DNA from: an uncultured delta proteobacterium
GTDB lineage: Bacteria > Desulfobacterota > Syntrophia > Syntrophales > UBA2192
DNA length: 64,000 bases
Direction: 5' to 3'
Assembly: GCA_963705165.1 (NCBI GenBank)
Contig: CAVPJD010000024.1
Span: 96,001-160,000 of the forward strand
Below the pieces are notes generated by a model. The model ran no database searches, was not told where the DNA came from, and saw only the letters and a list, made by a program, of their open reading frames with translations. Below are positions 46,346-56,054 of this stretch, one piece after another (position 1 is the first letter of the stretch; each line of letters opens with the position of its first letter). The position numbers and the translations under genes are program-made.

Positions 46346-47809
46346 TCATTCCGCCGCACCCTTGGCAGGAGCCGCTTTTGGCCTCACACGGATCGTCACT
46401 TCGACGCTCAGGGGCTTGCCCCCCTCGAAAGACACTTCGGGCGGGGTGATCAGCTTGGCCGTCAAAATTGTGGTAGCCGTTACTTTTCTCAAGTCGACGG
46501 GTTCCGTAAAGATCTGCAGGTCCGTCCCGATGAACCGTTTCGGCAGAAGAACCGACACGTGGGTCGGCTTTGTCTCGATGCGCTGCAGGATTACCCCCGG
46601 TGGCAAGGACCCTTCAGTGCGCACCTCCACGGGCAGAACCGCGGTGCGCAGCCTGGAGGCATTTACGATGATGCGGGTGGGAGTCACGTTCACCACGGAG
46701 ATGTTGGCCGGCGTCCTGATCATGTCGTTGGTCAGCTCGATCTCCTGCCTTCCCTCCCTTACGCCCGCCAGATCGACGGATACCCGCAGGCTCGCGGGGT
46801 TCAGGAGATTGAAGGCCTGTTCTGGCCCCGACAGGGTGCCTTTCGCCTCGGTGATCTTCGTCCCCTCGATGACCCACTGGGGCGAGAGGTTTCTGTACTC
46901 GATGGGCAGGGTGAAGTCGCGCCGGACGAGATCTTTCTGATAGCCGAAAGCAACCCACAGGATGGAGGCCAGGAGGATGGCCGTCGCCTTCTCCAGGGGG
47001 TTGCGCCGGAACCAGTTCAGGATGTGGCTGGTTTTTTCCTTCGGCATCTTTTTTCCGTAGAGACGCTCGAGGATCATGCTGAGCTCGGTGGGATTCTTCA
47101 AGACGTCGATTCGTCCCGCGAAGGCTACGGAGATCGTGCCCCGCTCTTCGGAAACGACGATGCAGGTGGCATCGGTGCGCTCCGACAGGCCGAGGGCCGC
47201 CGTGTGGCGCAGGCCGAGGTTGCCGATCCTTTCCACATTGGTCGAAAGGGGCAGGTGGCAGCCGAAGCTGACGAGCCTTCCGCGATCGATGACGACGGCC
47301 CCGTCGTGACCGATGGAGTGGGGGTCGAAGATGCTCTCGAGCAGAGGCTGGCTGAGCACCCCGTCCAGGGGAAAGCCGCCGGCCACGTGCCGGTCGAGGG
47401 GGTCTTCGCCCTGGATGACGATCAGGGCGCCCATGTGCTGGCGGGCCAGGTTCGCCGCGGACTGGACGATGATCTCCACCTCCGCGTGGAGCGTGGAGAC
47501 GCGGCCGCTTTTCCGAAAGCGGCCCCAGGTGGCGATTCGCTCGAAGAACCGCCGGAACTCCTCCTGGAAAATGATCACCATGGCCAGAAGGATGACGGCG
47601 AAAAATCCCTGGAGCACCGCCGCCGAGAGGTAGAGCTGGAACGAGCGGGCCAGGTAGTAGATGATGCCGAGGATGCCGATCCCCACGAGGACAAACCGCG
47701 AGGCGGCATCCCTGAACCAGACCAGCAATCCGTAGATCATGAAGGTGATCAGAAGGATGTCAAAAAAATCCTGGATCCGGAAGCTGTGAAGAAGAATCGA
47801 TATGTCCAT
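46346..47809 (-). CDS. Diadenylate cyclase (CdaA-type) fused to YbbR/CdaR domains
   Basis: 3 TM, FQEEFRR, HDGAV, GLRHTAALG, VSEERG, a fourth TM, then YbbR-like beta repeats. Confidence 0.88.
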   Translation of the reverse strand: MDISILLHSFRIQDFFDILLITFMIYGLLVWFRDAASRFVLVGIGILGIIYYLARSFQLYLSAAVLQGFFAVILLAMVIIFQEEFRRFFERIATWGRFRKSGRVSTLHAEVEIIVQSAANLARQHMGALIVIQGEDPLDRHVAGGFPLDGVLSQPLLESIFDPHSIGHDGAVVIDRGRLVSFGCHLPLSTNVERIGNLGLRHTAALGLSERTDATCIVVSEERGTISVAFAGRIDVLKNPTELSMILERLYGKKMPKEKTSHILNWFRRNPLEKATAILLASILWVAFGYQKDLVRRDFTLPIEYRNLSPQWVIEGTKITEAKGTLSGPEQAFNLLNPASLRVSVDLAGVREGRQEIELTNDMIRTPANISVVNVTPTRIIVNASRLRTAVLPVEVRTEGSLPPGVILQRIETKPTHVSVLLPKRFIGTDLQIFTEPVDLRKVTATTILTAKLITPPEVSFEGGKPLSVEVTIRVRPKAAPAKGAAE

Positions 47810-47899
47810 CGGTGTAGGTATTCCCGTATATTTTCAAGCAGAAACGCTGCGCTGATTCGCCATGCAAGCAGCGCGCCTCGCATTGGGGGCAACGCCCCG

Positions 47900-48883
47900 T
47901 CAGGCCCTGAAAGTAAGGGTGGTGCCCGACATATTCAGGATAAATTGCCCGGGCATGGCCTGCTCCACCTGCATGATCGCCTTGCGCCCCGTGCAGTGAC
48001 AGGGGATGACGAAATCCGGCCCGATCTTCCGCAACTCTTCCGCCGTGGGTCCGATGACCGCTTCGAAGGCAGGTCCCGAGAGATGGAATCCCCCCATCAC
48101 GGCGTGAACCTTTCCGACGCCCGTGACGGCCATGGCGTGGCGCACCGTGTTGACGATCCCCGAGTGGGCGCAGCCTGAAAGAACGATGAGCCCCTTGCCT
48201 CGCAGGTTCATGACGACGGAGGAATCCTCTTCGATGGGATCCCAGGATTCTTTCCCGCCTTCGAGAAAGTATGCATTGGGCATCCCTTTCTCAAATTCCG
48301 TCGTCCGTTCCACCTCGCCCAGGAAAAGGGCATCCCCCTCCAGCAGCGCGAGAGGTTCGCTGGTTTCGACCACGCGAAGCCCCAGAGATTCGAGGGATTG
48401 ACGCGAGAGTTTCGGGAAGGAGATCTTCGCGCCGCGCCGGGTCATGTATCGGTCGGGCTTGAACGCCGCCGGGTGCAGTACGATTTCGAGGTCTTTCCTG
48501 CCGATCTTCTCGGTCAGTTTCTTAAGCCCCCCGGTGTGGTCGCTGTGACCGTGCGAGAGAACCAGAGCCTCCACGTCGCGCAGATCCACGTTGAGTGCGT
48601 CGGCGTTGAATGCCGCTCCCTGCTCGGAAAATCCGAAATCGAACAGCAGCGTCCTCGCCCTCCCCCCGCGGTTCACGCGAACGAGGGCGGAAAACCCATG
48701 TTCGGCCTGGATGGAATTGCGGAACTCTCCGGCCCTGTCGCCTTTCGCACGGCTTACGACTTCCGTGTCGTCCATGGCCGTGACCTCGATATAGTTGTCC
48801 TGGAGAGAGAGTATCTCCACGCGGTCGAGTTCGTTGAGGTCCATCCCCGCCATCCGTTGCAAGCACTTGAAAAATTTCGTCAT
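47900..48883 (-). CDS. MBL-fold metallo-hydrolase (COG1237-like)
   Basis: EHGFS, LSHGHSDHTGG, GCAHSG, GGFHL, PCHCTG. Start codon uncertain. Confidence 0.88.
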   Translation of the reverse strand: MTKFFKCLQRMAGMDLNELDRVEILSLQDNYIEVTAMDDTEVVSRAKGDRAGEFRNSIQAEHGFSALVRVNRGGRARTLLFDFGFSEQGAAFNADALNVDLRDVEALVLSHGHSDHTGGLKKLTEKIGRKDLEIVLHPAAFKPDRYMTRRGAKISFPKLSRQSLESLGLRVVETSEPLALLEGDALFLGEVERTTEFEKGMPNAYFLEGGKESWDPIEEDSSVVMNLRGKGLIVLSGCAHSGIVNTVRHAMAVTGVGKVHAVMGGFHLSGPAFEAVIGPTAEELRKIGPDFVIPCHCTGRKAIMQVEQAMPGQFILNMSGTTLTFRA

Positions 48884-48990
48884 CTTTATTTAACACATTT
48901 TGTTCAAAACGCTACCCCAAATTTGCCCGAAGGCCCCGGAAGGCCCGTCAGCGACCTGCGGGCAGGCGTTTGCGGGCGGCGAAAAGCGGT

Positions 48991-49019
48991 TTGACCGGCC
49001 CCGGAAATCCTGTTATAAA
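48991..49019 (+). promoter_or_regulatory. Sigma70-type promoter
   Basis: TTGACC-N17-TATAAA with an extended TG, upstream of thyX. Confidence 0.55.
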
Positions 49020-49049
49020 TTTCGCCTGCAACGGAAGGGAGCGCATCAC

Positions 49050-50519
49050 TTGAAAATCATTCTTGCCGGTTTCAATCTCGACTACGAGACGATTCAGGAA
49101 GTCCAGGCCGCCAACCCAGATGCCAAGCATTTCACGCCGGAGACCGTCTCGGCGGCCTACGCCCGCATCAGCCGCAACCCGGCGCCCGTCAACGAACTGA
49201 GGGCCGCTGCCCGCAAGGAGGTGGAGAAGGCGCGGCGCTCGAACCAGGCGATCGTCTTCGACATGGGGCACAGCTCGATTGCCGAGCACGCCGTCTTCAA
49301 CATCGACGTCCTGGGGGTCTCGCGCCTTCTTGTTGAAGAGATCGAGAAATTCCGCCTGTGCTCCTACACGGAGAAATCCCAGCGCTACGTGCTCCTGCGC
49401 GACGACTTCGTCATCCCCCGGGAGATCCGGGAGGCCGGCCTCGCGGAGAGCTTCACCCGGACCGTGAAGGCCCAGAACGCCTTCTACCACAGGCTCTACG
49501 AGGGCCTGCTGCCCTGGGTCCTCGATCAAAACCAGGAGCTTGCCGCCTCACCGGCGAATCGCTCCATGCTGGAAGGCTGGGCCAAGGAGGATGCGCGCTA
49601 CGTGCTCTGCCTGGCCACGGAGGCCCAGCTCGGGATGACGCTCAACACGCGCAACCTCGAGCTCATGCTCCGGCGGCTTGCCGCCTGCCCGCTCGACGAG
49701 GCCCGGGAATACAGCCGGCAGCTCTACGACGCCACAAAAGAGATTGCGCCTTCCCTGGTCCGCTACACGGCGGCCACCGAATACGACTGCCTCACAAGGG
49801 ACGATCTCCGCGAAATCGCCAAGACGATCATCGGCAAGGCGGGCTCACGCCCCGCCGAAGGCCCGCCCGAACAGGTCCGCCTCGCCTGGGCAACACCCGA
49901 TGCCGATACCCGCACCGCCGCCGCGCTTCTGCACGCAGCATCCAGTCTTCCCCTGGAGGAGTGCCACGGGATCGCCGCGTCCATGTCCTCCGCCGACAGG
50001 GAATCGCTCTTCAAGGCCTCCTTCCGCCGCATGAAGGCCTGGGACACGCCGCTGCGGGCGTTCGAGAACGTCGATCTGCAGTTCGACCTCGTCGTGAGCG
50101 CCTCGTGCTTTGCCCAGCTCAAGCGGCACCGGATGGCCACCCTCGTGACGCAGGACTACGACCCGGCCCTCGATGTGACGGTGCCGCCCTCGATTGCCGC
50201 CATCGGCATGGAAACGCCCTTCCGCGAGATGATGGCCCGGACGGAGGAGACCTTCGAGACGATCCGGCGCACTTCACCTCTGGCGGCCCCCTACATCCTC
50301 ACCAACGCCCACCGCAAGCGCGTCCTCATGAAGCTCAACGCCCGGGAGCTCTACCACATCGCGCGCCTGCGGGCCGACCGCCACGCCCAGTGGGACATCC
50401 GGCACCTCACGGAGAAGATGCTGGCCCAGGCCCGCAAGGCCATGCCGCTCACCCTCATGATGGCCGGCGGCAAGGACCGCTTCGCGGAGCTCTACGGGGA
50501 AAACTTCCCATCGACTTGA
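49050..50519 (+). CDS. thyX: FAD-dependent thymidylate synthase, tandem two-domain form
   Basis: GHSSIAEH, SYTEKSQRY, EDARY in domain 1; QLKRHR, NARELYH, HAQWDIR in domain 2; TTG start. Confidence 0.85.
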   Translation: MKIILAGFNLDYETIQEVQAANPDAKHFTPETVSAAYARISRNPAPVNELRAAARKEVEKARRSNQAIVFDMGHSSIAEHAVFNIDVLGVSRLLVEEIEKFRLCSYTEKSQRYVLLRDDFVIPREIREAGLAESFTRTVKAQNAFYHRLYEGLLPWVLDQNQELAASPANRSMLEGWAKEDARYVLCLATEAQLGMTLNTRNLELMLRRLAACPLDEAREYSRQLYDATKEIAPSLVRYTAATEYDCLTRDDLREIAKTIIGKAGSRPAEGPPEQVRLAWATPDADTRTAAALLHAASSLPLEECHGIAASMSSADRESLFKASFRRMKAWDTPLRAFENVDLQFDLVVSASCFAQLKRHRMATLVTQDYDPALDVTVPPSIAAIGMETPFREMMARTEETFETIRRTSPLAAPYILTNAHRKRVLMKLNARELYHIARLRADRHAQWDIRHLTEKMLAQARKAMPLTLMMAGGKDRFAELYGENFPST

Positions 50520-50536
50520 CCCAGGAACCAATCGGC

Positions 50537-51802
50537 ATGATCCAGTTCAACGCCCTCTTCGCGGGTTTCATCGTCCTCTTTGCCGCCGCCGCCCTCACCC
50601 GGTATGTGCTTGCCCGGATGAATATCGCCCACCTGCGCGAGCACGGCCACATCGTCCCCGAGGCCTTCCGGGATCAGATCGACGGCGCGACCCTTACCCG
50701 CATGCGGGATTACACCGTGGAATCATCGCGATTCCAGTCCCTGGAGTCTCTCGCCGACGACGCCATCCTCCTGGCCGTGCTGGCGGGCGGGGTGCTCCCC
50801 TGGCTTTGCGGCGCCATCGAGTCGTGGAACTTCCATGCCGTCTGGTCAGGCACGCTCTTTTTCGGCATTCTCTACGCGGTGAGCGTTCTGCTCGACATCC
50901 CCTTCAGCCTCTACGGCACCTTCGTCATCGAGAAGAAATACGGTTTCAGCACCATCACGCCGCAGCTCTGGCTCATCGATCTTGTCAAGTCCCTGGCCGT
51001 CTCCGTCATCCTGATGGCCCTGCTCTTCATCCCCTTCTTTGCGCTCGTCCACTGGCTGCCGCAGTCGTGGTGGTTTGCCGCCTGGGTGTTCTTCGCCCTT
51101 TTCCAGATGCTCATGATCTGGCTCTACCCCCTGGTGATCGCCCCGTTGTTCAACAAGTACGTACCCGTCAAAGACGACGTGCTGCGGGAGCGCATCATGG
51201 TCATGGCCGAAAAAGCGGGGCTTCGGGCCGAGGGGATCTTCGAGGTCGACGCAGGCAAGCGCAGCCGTCACTCCAACGCCTACTTCACGGGGCTTGGCAA
51301 ATCGAAGCGGATCGTGCTCTTCGACACGCTGCTCGCCGCCCACAGCCACGACGAGATCGTGGCCGTGCTGGCCCACGAGATCGGCCACTGGAAGCTTCGC
51401 CACATCCTGAAACAGCTCATCCTCATGGAGGTTGTCGCCCTCGCGGGTTTCTTCCTGGTCTTCCGCCTCATGGGCTGGCCTTTTCTCTATGAGACCTTCG
51501 GGTTTGCGGGGCCCCTGCCCTACGCAGGGCTTCTGCTTGCGGCCATCGTGCTGAAACCGGCGGCCTTCTTCCTCACGCCCATCGGTGCCGTCGTCTCGCG
51601 AACGTACGAGAGGGATGCAGACCGTTACGTGCTGGGGCTTATCGGCTCGACCCGCTTCCTTGCACAGGCCCTGAAACGCCTGGCGAAGGAGAATCTGGCC
51701 AACCTCCACCCCCACCCGGCCTACGTTGCCTTCTACTATTCCCACCCGCCGCTTGCCGAGCGGGTGGAGCGCCTGCTGAACATGGACAAGCAGGCCCCTT
51801 GA
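50537..51802 (+). CDS. M48 (Ste24-like) zinc metallopeptidase
   Basis: NAYFTG, HEIGH, ERDAD, SHPPLAERV. Confidence 0.92.
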   Translation: MIQFNALFAGFIVLFAAAALTRYVLARMNIAHLREHGHIVPEAFRDQIDGATLTRMRDYTVESSRFQSLESLADDAILLAVLAGGVLPWLCGAIESWNFHAVWSGTLFFGILYAVSVLLDIPFSLYGTFVIEKKYGFSTITPQLWLIDLVKSLAVSVILMALLFIPFFALVHWLPQSWWFAAWVFFALFQMLMIWLYPLVIAPLFNKYVPVKDDVLRERIMVMAEKAGLRAEGIFEVDAGKRSRHSNAYFTGLGKSKRIVLFDTLLAAHSHDEIVAVLAHEIGHWKLRHILKQLILMEVVALAGFFLVFRLMGWPFLYETFGFAGPLPYAGLLLAAIVLKPAAFFLTPIGAVVSRTYERDADRYVLGLIGSTRFLAQALKRLAKENLANLHPHPAYVAFYYSHPPLAERVERLLNMDKQAP

Positions 51803-51857
51803 TTTTGACCCGTGAATCGATACAATGAGGCAAAACAGGCTGCAAAGGTAGGAACGC

Positions 51858-52349
51858 ATGCCCATCTACGAGTTCTACTGCCGGAAGTGCAACACCCTCT
51901 ACAATTTCTTCTCCCGGAGCGTCAACACGGAGAAGATCCCCTCCTGCCCACGCTGTAAAAAGGTGAAGCTCCAGCGCCGGATGTCCGTGTTCGCCAAAAT
52001 CTCGCAGAGAAACGAGGGCGCCGCGCCCGAGGAGATGCCCGGCTTCGACGAGTCGAAGATGGAAAAAGCCATGGAGATGCTCGCCAGAGAGGCCGGGGGG
52101 ATCGACGAAAACGACCCCCGCCAGGCGGCCCGGCTGATGCGGAAGCTCACCGATGTTACGGGGCTTTCCCTCGGAGAGAAAATGGAGGAGGCCCTCGCGA
52201 GGATGGAAAAAGGGGAGGACCCGGAAAAGATCGAAGGGGAGATGGGCGACAGCATCAGCGAGGATGAGCTGTTCGTGATGGCGAAAAAGGCCGCCAAAGG
52301 GAAAAAAGGCGCCGCGCCTCGGGTCGACGACAAACTCTATGATCTGTGA
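51858..52349 (+). CDS. FmdB-family zinc ribbon protein
   Basis: MPIYEFYCRKC...CPRC. Confidence 0.85.
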   Translation: MPIYEFYCRKCNTLYNFFSRSVNTEKIPSCPRCKKVKLQRRMSVFAKISQRNEGAAPEEMPGFDESKMEKAMEMLAREAGGIDENDPRQAARLMRKLTDVTGLSLGEKMEEALARMEKGEDPEKIEGEMGDSISEDELFVMAKKAAKGKKGAAPRVDDKLYDL

Positions 52350-52354
52350 AAAAG

Positions 52355-52382
52355 CAGGTGTAAGGCATAAGGCGTAAGGCCG
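52355..52382. repeat. Degenerate 7-mer tandem array
   Basis: CAGGTGT AAGGCAT AAGGCGT AAGGCCG. Confidence 0.55.
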
Positions 52383-52952
52383 ATGGAAGCCCCCCGAGCC
52401 CTCAGCGTCTACCCTGCGGAGTACGAGGAGTGGGTGACTCTCCGTAACGGGGAGCGTGTCTTCCTGCGCCCCGTCAAGCCGACGGACGGCCCGAAGATCA
52501 TCGACCTGTTCAGCAGACTCTCCCCCAAGACGATCTACTTCCGGTTTCTCACGCACATGGACAGGCTGCGCCCCGAGATGCTCAAGCACCTCGTCGAGAT
52601 CGACTACGTCAGGCACTTCGGCCTCGTCGCCGTCATCTGGGAGATGGAAGCCGAGGTGGAAACGATCGTCGGGGTGTGCCGCTACATCGCCACGGAGCGG
52701 ATGGACCATGCCGAGCTGACCATCGTGCTGCGAGACGACTGGCAGGGCCTCGGGCTCGGCAAAATGATGGTCACCCGCGTCGTCAACATCGCCAGGGAAA
52801 AAAGCATAGAGAGGATCGAGATTCTCTTCGACTCCCGCAACGACGGCATGCAGCGGCTCTTCCGCTCCCTGGGCTACCCCGTCCTGCACGAGACCTCCAT
52901 CCTCGACATCGCAGACCGGATGGAGATCGTCCTCGGGTCGGTCAACCTATAA
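52383..52952 (+). CDS. GNAT acetyltransferase (Pat-like GNAT domain)
   Basis: LRPVKPTD, YFRF, DDWQGLGLG, N..M..L. Confidence 0.85.
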   Translation: MEAPRALSVYPAEYEEWVTLRNGERVFLRPVKPTDGPKIIDLFSRLSPKTIYFRFLTHMDRLRPEMLKHLVEIDYVRHFGLVAVIWEMEAEVETIVGVCRYIATERMDHAELTIVLRDDWQGLGLGKMMVTRVVNIAREKSIERIEILFDSRNDGMQRLFRSLGYPVLHETSILDIADRMEIVLGSVNL

Positions 52953-52954
52953 AT

Positions 52955-53021
52955 ACCCATTCCTTGATCTTCCTCTCCCTTGAGGGGAGAGGATTGAGGT
53001 GAGGGTGAATAATCCCCTTCC
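52955..53021 (-). repeat. Dispersed palindromic element, copy C (minimal)
   Basis: Minus strand: GGAAGGGGATTATTCACCCTCACCTCAATCCTCTCCCCTCAAGGGAGAGGAAGATCAAGGAATGGGT. Confidence 0.75.
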
Positions 53022-53125
53022 GATCATTCCAGAATCCCGGCCCCTGCCATGAAAAGAAAGAATTGAATCCCCATTGCCGATCAGCTACTCTTGAGCCCGT
53101 AGCGTGATGCGCTGTGGTGAGGATT

Positions 53126-53827
53126 ATGGATTCAACCCGATCGCCCCTCGGTCACAACCCTTTCAAGAGCCTGAAATCCCGCTTCAAGGAAAAGCCCCCG
53201 GAAAAGCGGGGGGAGCCCGCAGAGCCGGTCGTTCAGCCCGCTGCCCATGACCCGAAGGCAGACAGGCAGTTCTTCCTCCAGGCCATGGAGGGCACCCGCC
53301 CTCTGACAGGTTCGAACCGGGAAGAGGGAAAGGGGAAACCTGCCCCGGCCGGCCCGGCGCCGAAGAGCGGTGGTGAGGAAGCGCTGGAAGCGATGAAGGC
53401 ACTCATTGCCTCCGGCCGGGGATTCGTCGTCGCCGACACCCCCGAGTACATCGAGGGGACGGGATACCAGGTGAGCCCGAAGATGGCCGAGCGGCTTCAC
53501 CGGGGCGAGTTCTCCATCCAGGCCCACATCGACCTTCACGGCCTCGGCGCCGAGGAGGCCCGCATCGCCTTCGAGGATTTCCTGCGGGAATCGGTCATCC
53601 GCAATCGGCGCTCACTGCTGGTCATCCACGGCCGGGGCCTCTCCTCGCAGGGAGAGCCCGTCCTTAAGGCCAGGCTGACCGAGTGGCTCACCCGCGGGCC
53701 CTGGCGGAAGTGGGTCATCGCCTACTCGAGCGCCAGACTCTGTGACGGCGGCGCCGGGGCGACCTGCATCCTCCTGCGGACCAGGCCCGTCACGAAGCGC
53801 CACAAGAAAGGCCCATCCAGGGAGTAG
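53126..53827 (+). CDS. Smr domain protein (small MutS-related)
   Basis: IDLHG, VIHGRG, DGGAGA. Confidence 0.88.
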   Translation: MDSTRSPLGHNPFKSLKSRFKEKPPEKRGEPAEPVVQPAAHDPKADRQFFLQAMEGTRPLTGSNREEGKGKPAPAGPAPKSGGEEALEAMKALIASGRGFVVADTPEYIEGTGYQVSPKMAERLHRGEFSIQAHIDLHGLGAEEARIAFEDFLRESVIRNRRSLLVIHGRGLSSQGEPVLKARLTEWLTRGPWRKWVIAYSSARLCDGGAGATCILLRTRPVTKRHKKGPSRE

Positions 53828-53829
53828 AC

Positions 53830-54237
53830 ATGAGAAAATTTGCACGAACCCTGACTCTCGCCTTCAGCGCCGGGGCGCTGGGCGGACTCGCCAACGGCCT
53901 CTGCGTCTGGCTTGCCGTGAAGTACGGCCTCACGGCGGCCCTCGGGGTAAGCCTCGCCGCCCCCCTGACCCCTGCGTGGCTCTACCCGCGGATTGTCTGG
54001 GGCGGGATCTGGGGGCTTCTGTTCATCGTCCCCCTCTGGGAGAGAAACCCCTTTCTCCGGGGGCTCTTCTTCAGCATCGGCCCGACCCTGGTCATGCTCT
54101 TCGTGATCTTCCCCCTGAGGCTGGGCAAGGGGATGATGGGCCTCGACCTGGGGACATGGACCCCCGCCTTCGTCATCCTCTTCAACGCCGTCTGGGGCTG
54201 GACGGCGGCGCTGTGGATGAGGTGGGTGAACCGCTGA
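53830..54237 (+). CDS. Hypothetical membrane protein
   Basis: WLYPRIVWGGIWG, 4 TM segments. Confidence 0.75.
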   Translation: MRKFARTLTLAFSAGALGGLANGLCVWLAVKYGLTAALGVSLAAPLTPAWLYPRIVWGGIWGLLFIVPLWERNPFLRGLFFSIGPTLVMLFVIFPLRLGKGMMGLDLGTWTPAFVILFNAVWGWTAALWMRWVNR

Positions 54238-54244
54238 CGCGGCG

Positions 54245-54283
54245 GTCTATCCAGCCTGTTCCGTCTGTTCCGTCTATTCAGTC
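54245..54283. repeat. Degenerate 9-mer tandem array
   Basis: GTCTATCCA GCCTGTTCC GTCTGTTCC GTCTATTCA; reverse-complement relative of the 9711 array. Confidence 0.65.
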
Positions 54284-54304
54284 CAAGAATCCGAGGAGAC
54301 ACGT

Positions 54305-55255
54305 TTGCATCACTTTCCCGTCGCAGATATCCTCCATGGCTGGGGACTGAAATTTAAAAGCGAACATCCGGAAGTGCCGCTGGCCGGCAGCCCCGAGCGG
54401 TCGCTATTCCGGACCGTCGTCGAAGATCACGCAGGTCGTCGCTTTGTCCTCGAGCAGCTTCAGCCCACCATCCTCGGGCGAAAACGCGAGATCGCATCCA
54501 CCATCGAGTTTCTTGCCGAAAAGGGACTCGCTGCCGTTCATCCCTATCTCAGGAACCGGGACGGGGATTTCATCACCAAGGCTGCAGGCAGTTTCTGGCA
54601 GGTCTCCCCTTTCATAGACGGCGTGGAGCTCAAGCGCCCCGAATACACCCTCGAGGCCTGGCGGGGAAGGGCGCTGGCCCGGTTCCTCATCGACATGAAG
54701 GAAAAATCGGAGGGCATCCCCTTCGGCAAGCCGGGGCGCCCCTTTTCGATTGCGGAGTTCACCCGCGATCTGATGGCAAGAATGAAGCGCCACAACCCCG
54801 AACGGGCCGCTGCTGCGCAGAAGCCTTACCACCATGTGGAGAAGCATTTATTCCCCGCCCATGACCGTCTTCCCGTCGCCTTTTGCCACGGTGATGCCCA
54901 CCCCGTCAATGTCATCTGGGGTGACAGCGAAATCAGCGGCGTCATCGACTGGGAGTTCTCGGGGTACAAGCCGGAGATCTACGACACGGCCCTTGTCGTG
55001 GGCTGCATTGGAATGGAGGATCCCGCAAGCCTTGCGGGACCGATGGTGCTGGGGTTTCTCGATGAATTGAAGACAGCAGAATGTTTCGACTCCTCGGGTT
55101 TTGCCGTGCTTCCCGAGTTTGTGATTGCCCTGCGCTTTGCCTGGCTGTCGGAGTGGCTGAGAAAGAAAGACGAGGAGATGGTGGAGATGGAGACGGACTA
55201 CCTCCACCTTCTTCTCGATGGCCGGGAGAAGCTCCGGCGCTTCTGGGCCCTTTGA
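54305..55255 (+). CDS. APH/homoserine kinase type II-like phosphotransferase
   Basis: CHGDAHPVNV, VIDWEF, YDTA. Confidence 0.85.
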   Translation: MHHFPVADILHGWGLKFKSEHPEVPLAGSPERSLFRTVVEDHAGRRFVLEQLQPTILGRKREIASTIEFLAEKGLAAVHPYLRNRDGDFITKAAGSFWQVSPFIDGVELKRPEYTLEAWRGRALARFLIDMKEKSEGIPFGKPGRPFSIAEFTRDLMARMKRHNPERAAAAQKPYHHVEKHLFPAHDRLPVAFCHGDAHPVNVIWGDSEISGVIDWEFSGYKPEIYDTALVVGCIGMEDPASLAGPMVLGFLDELKTAECFDSSGFAVLPEFVIALRFAWLSEWLRKKDEEMVEMETDYLHLLLDGREKLRRFWAL

Positions 55256-55381
55256 CAGGTGACAGGCCTTAAATATATGCGGGTGCGGTATCTGTCACAG
55301 GGGGGGCCTTCCCGCGAAGGGCGTCAAGTTCTTGCGCTCGGAACGCGGGCTCGTCCCGGGCGCTGGCCGGTCAGGAGGTCT

Positions 55382-55996
55382 TCAAAGCGCGAGCAGGTCC
55401 TCCGGCTTCTCAATGAACGCATCGGGCTGCGCCCGCTCCAGCCGCTCCCTCGGGTGCCAGCCCCAGGTGACGGCCACGGCCTTCACTCCCGCCTCCCTCG
55501 CCTCCCGGATATCCCCCGCCGTGTCGCAAACATAAAAAGTGTGCCCGCCGTTTGTCCCGTAATGCCCCATGGCGTAAAGGATCTTCTCGATCTTGCTGAA
55601 GTTGAAATCGGCCCCCAGGACGTCGTCGAAGTAGGACTCGAAGCCGAACTTCGCGAGCATGAGCCGGATCGCGAAGGAGGAGTTCGAGGAGATGATGATC
55701 AGCCCATGGCGCTTCTTCAACTCCGCCAGCACGGGGATGAGTTCCGTGACAGGCCTGACGACGCCGTAGTCCAGCGCAGGGGTCACGGCCTTCGAGGCGG
55801 CCATGAACTCGCCCACGTCGACGCCGCGCTTCGCAATGGCGCTGAAGAAGTTCTCTTCGAAGAGGTCGAGGAACTCCTCGCGGCCCGCGATCAGTGGCTT
55901 CCCGATCCGTTCGAGGCAGATATTGACCGATTTTTCATAGAGCGCGAGGGAGTCGACGAGAACGCCGTCGAAGTCAAAGAGGAAGAGTTTTTTCAC
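55382..55996 (-). CDS. HAD phosphatase (phosphoglycolate phosphatase-like)
   Basis: FDFDGVLVDS, ISSN, CDTAGD, VTWGW. Confidence 0.88.
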   Translation of the reverse strand: MKKLFLFDFDGVLVDSLALYEKSVNICLERIGKPLIAGREEFLDLFEENFFSAIAKRGVDVGEFMAASKAVTPALDYGVVRPVTELIPVLAELKKRHGLIIISSNSSFAIRLMLAKFGFESYFDDVLGADFNFSKIEKILYAMGHYGTNGGHTFYVCDTAGDIREAREAGVKAVAVTWGWHPRERLERAQPDAFIEKPEDLLAL

Positions 55997-56054
55997 TGAC
56001 GTTTCAGTTCCTTGCGTTGTCCTTTTCCGCTTCAAACCTTTTATCGCTGCACCG

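Noticed and set aside
47900..48883. Additional selenoproteins (MBL hydrolase GCAH, C-GCAxxG-C-C protein, rubredoxin)
   Set aside because: These reading frames have Cys codons and no in-frame TGA.
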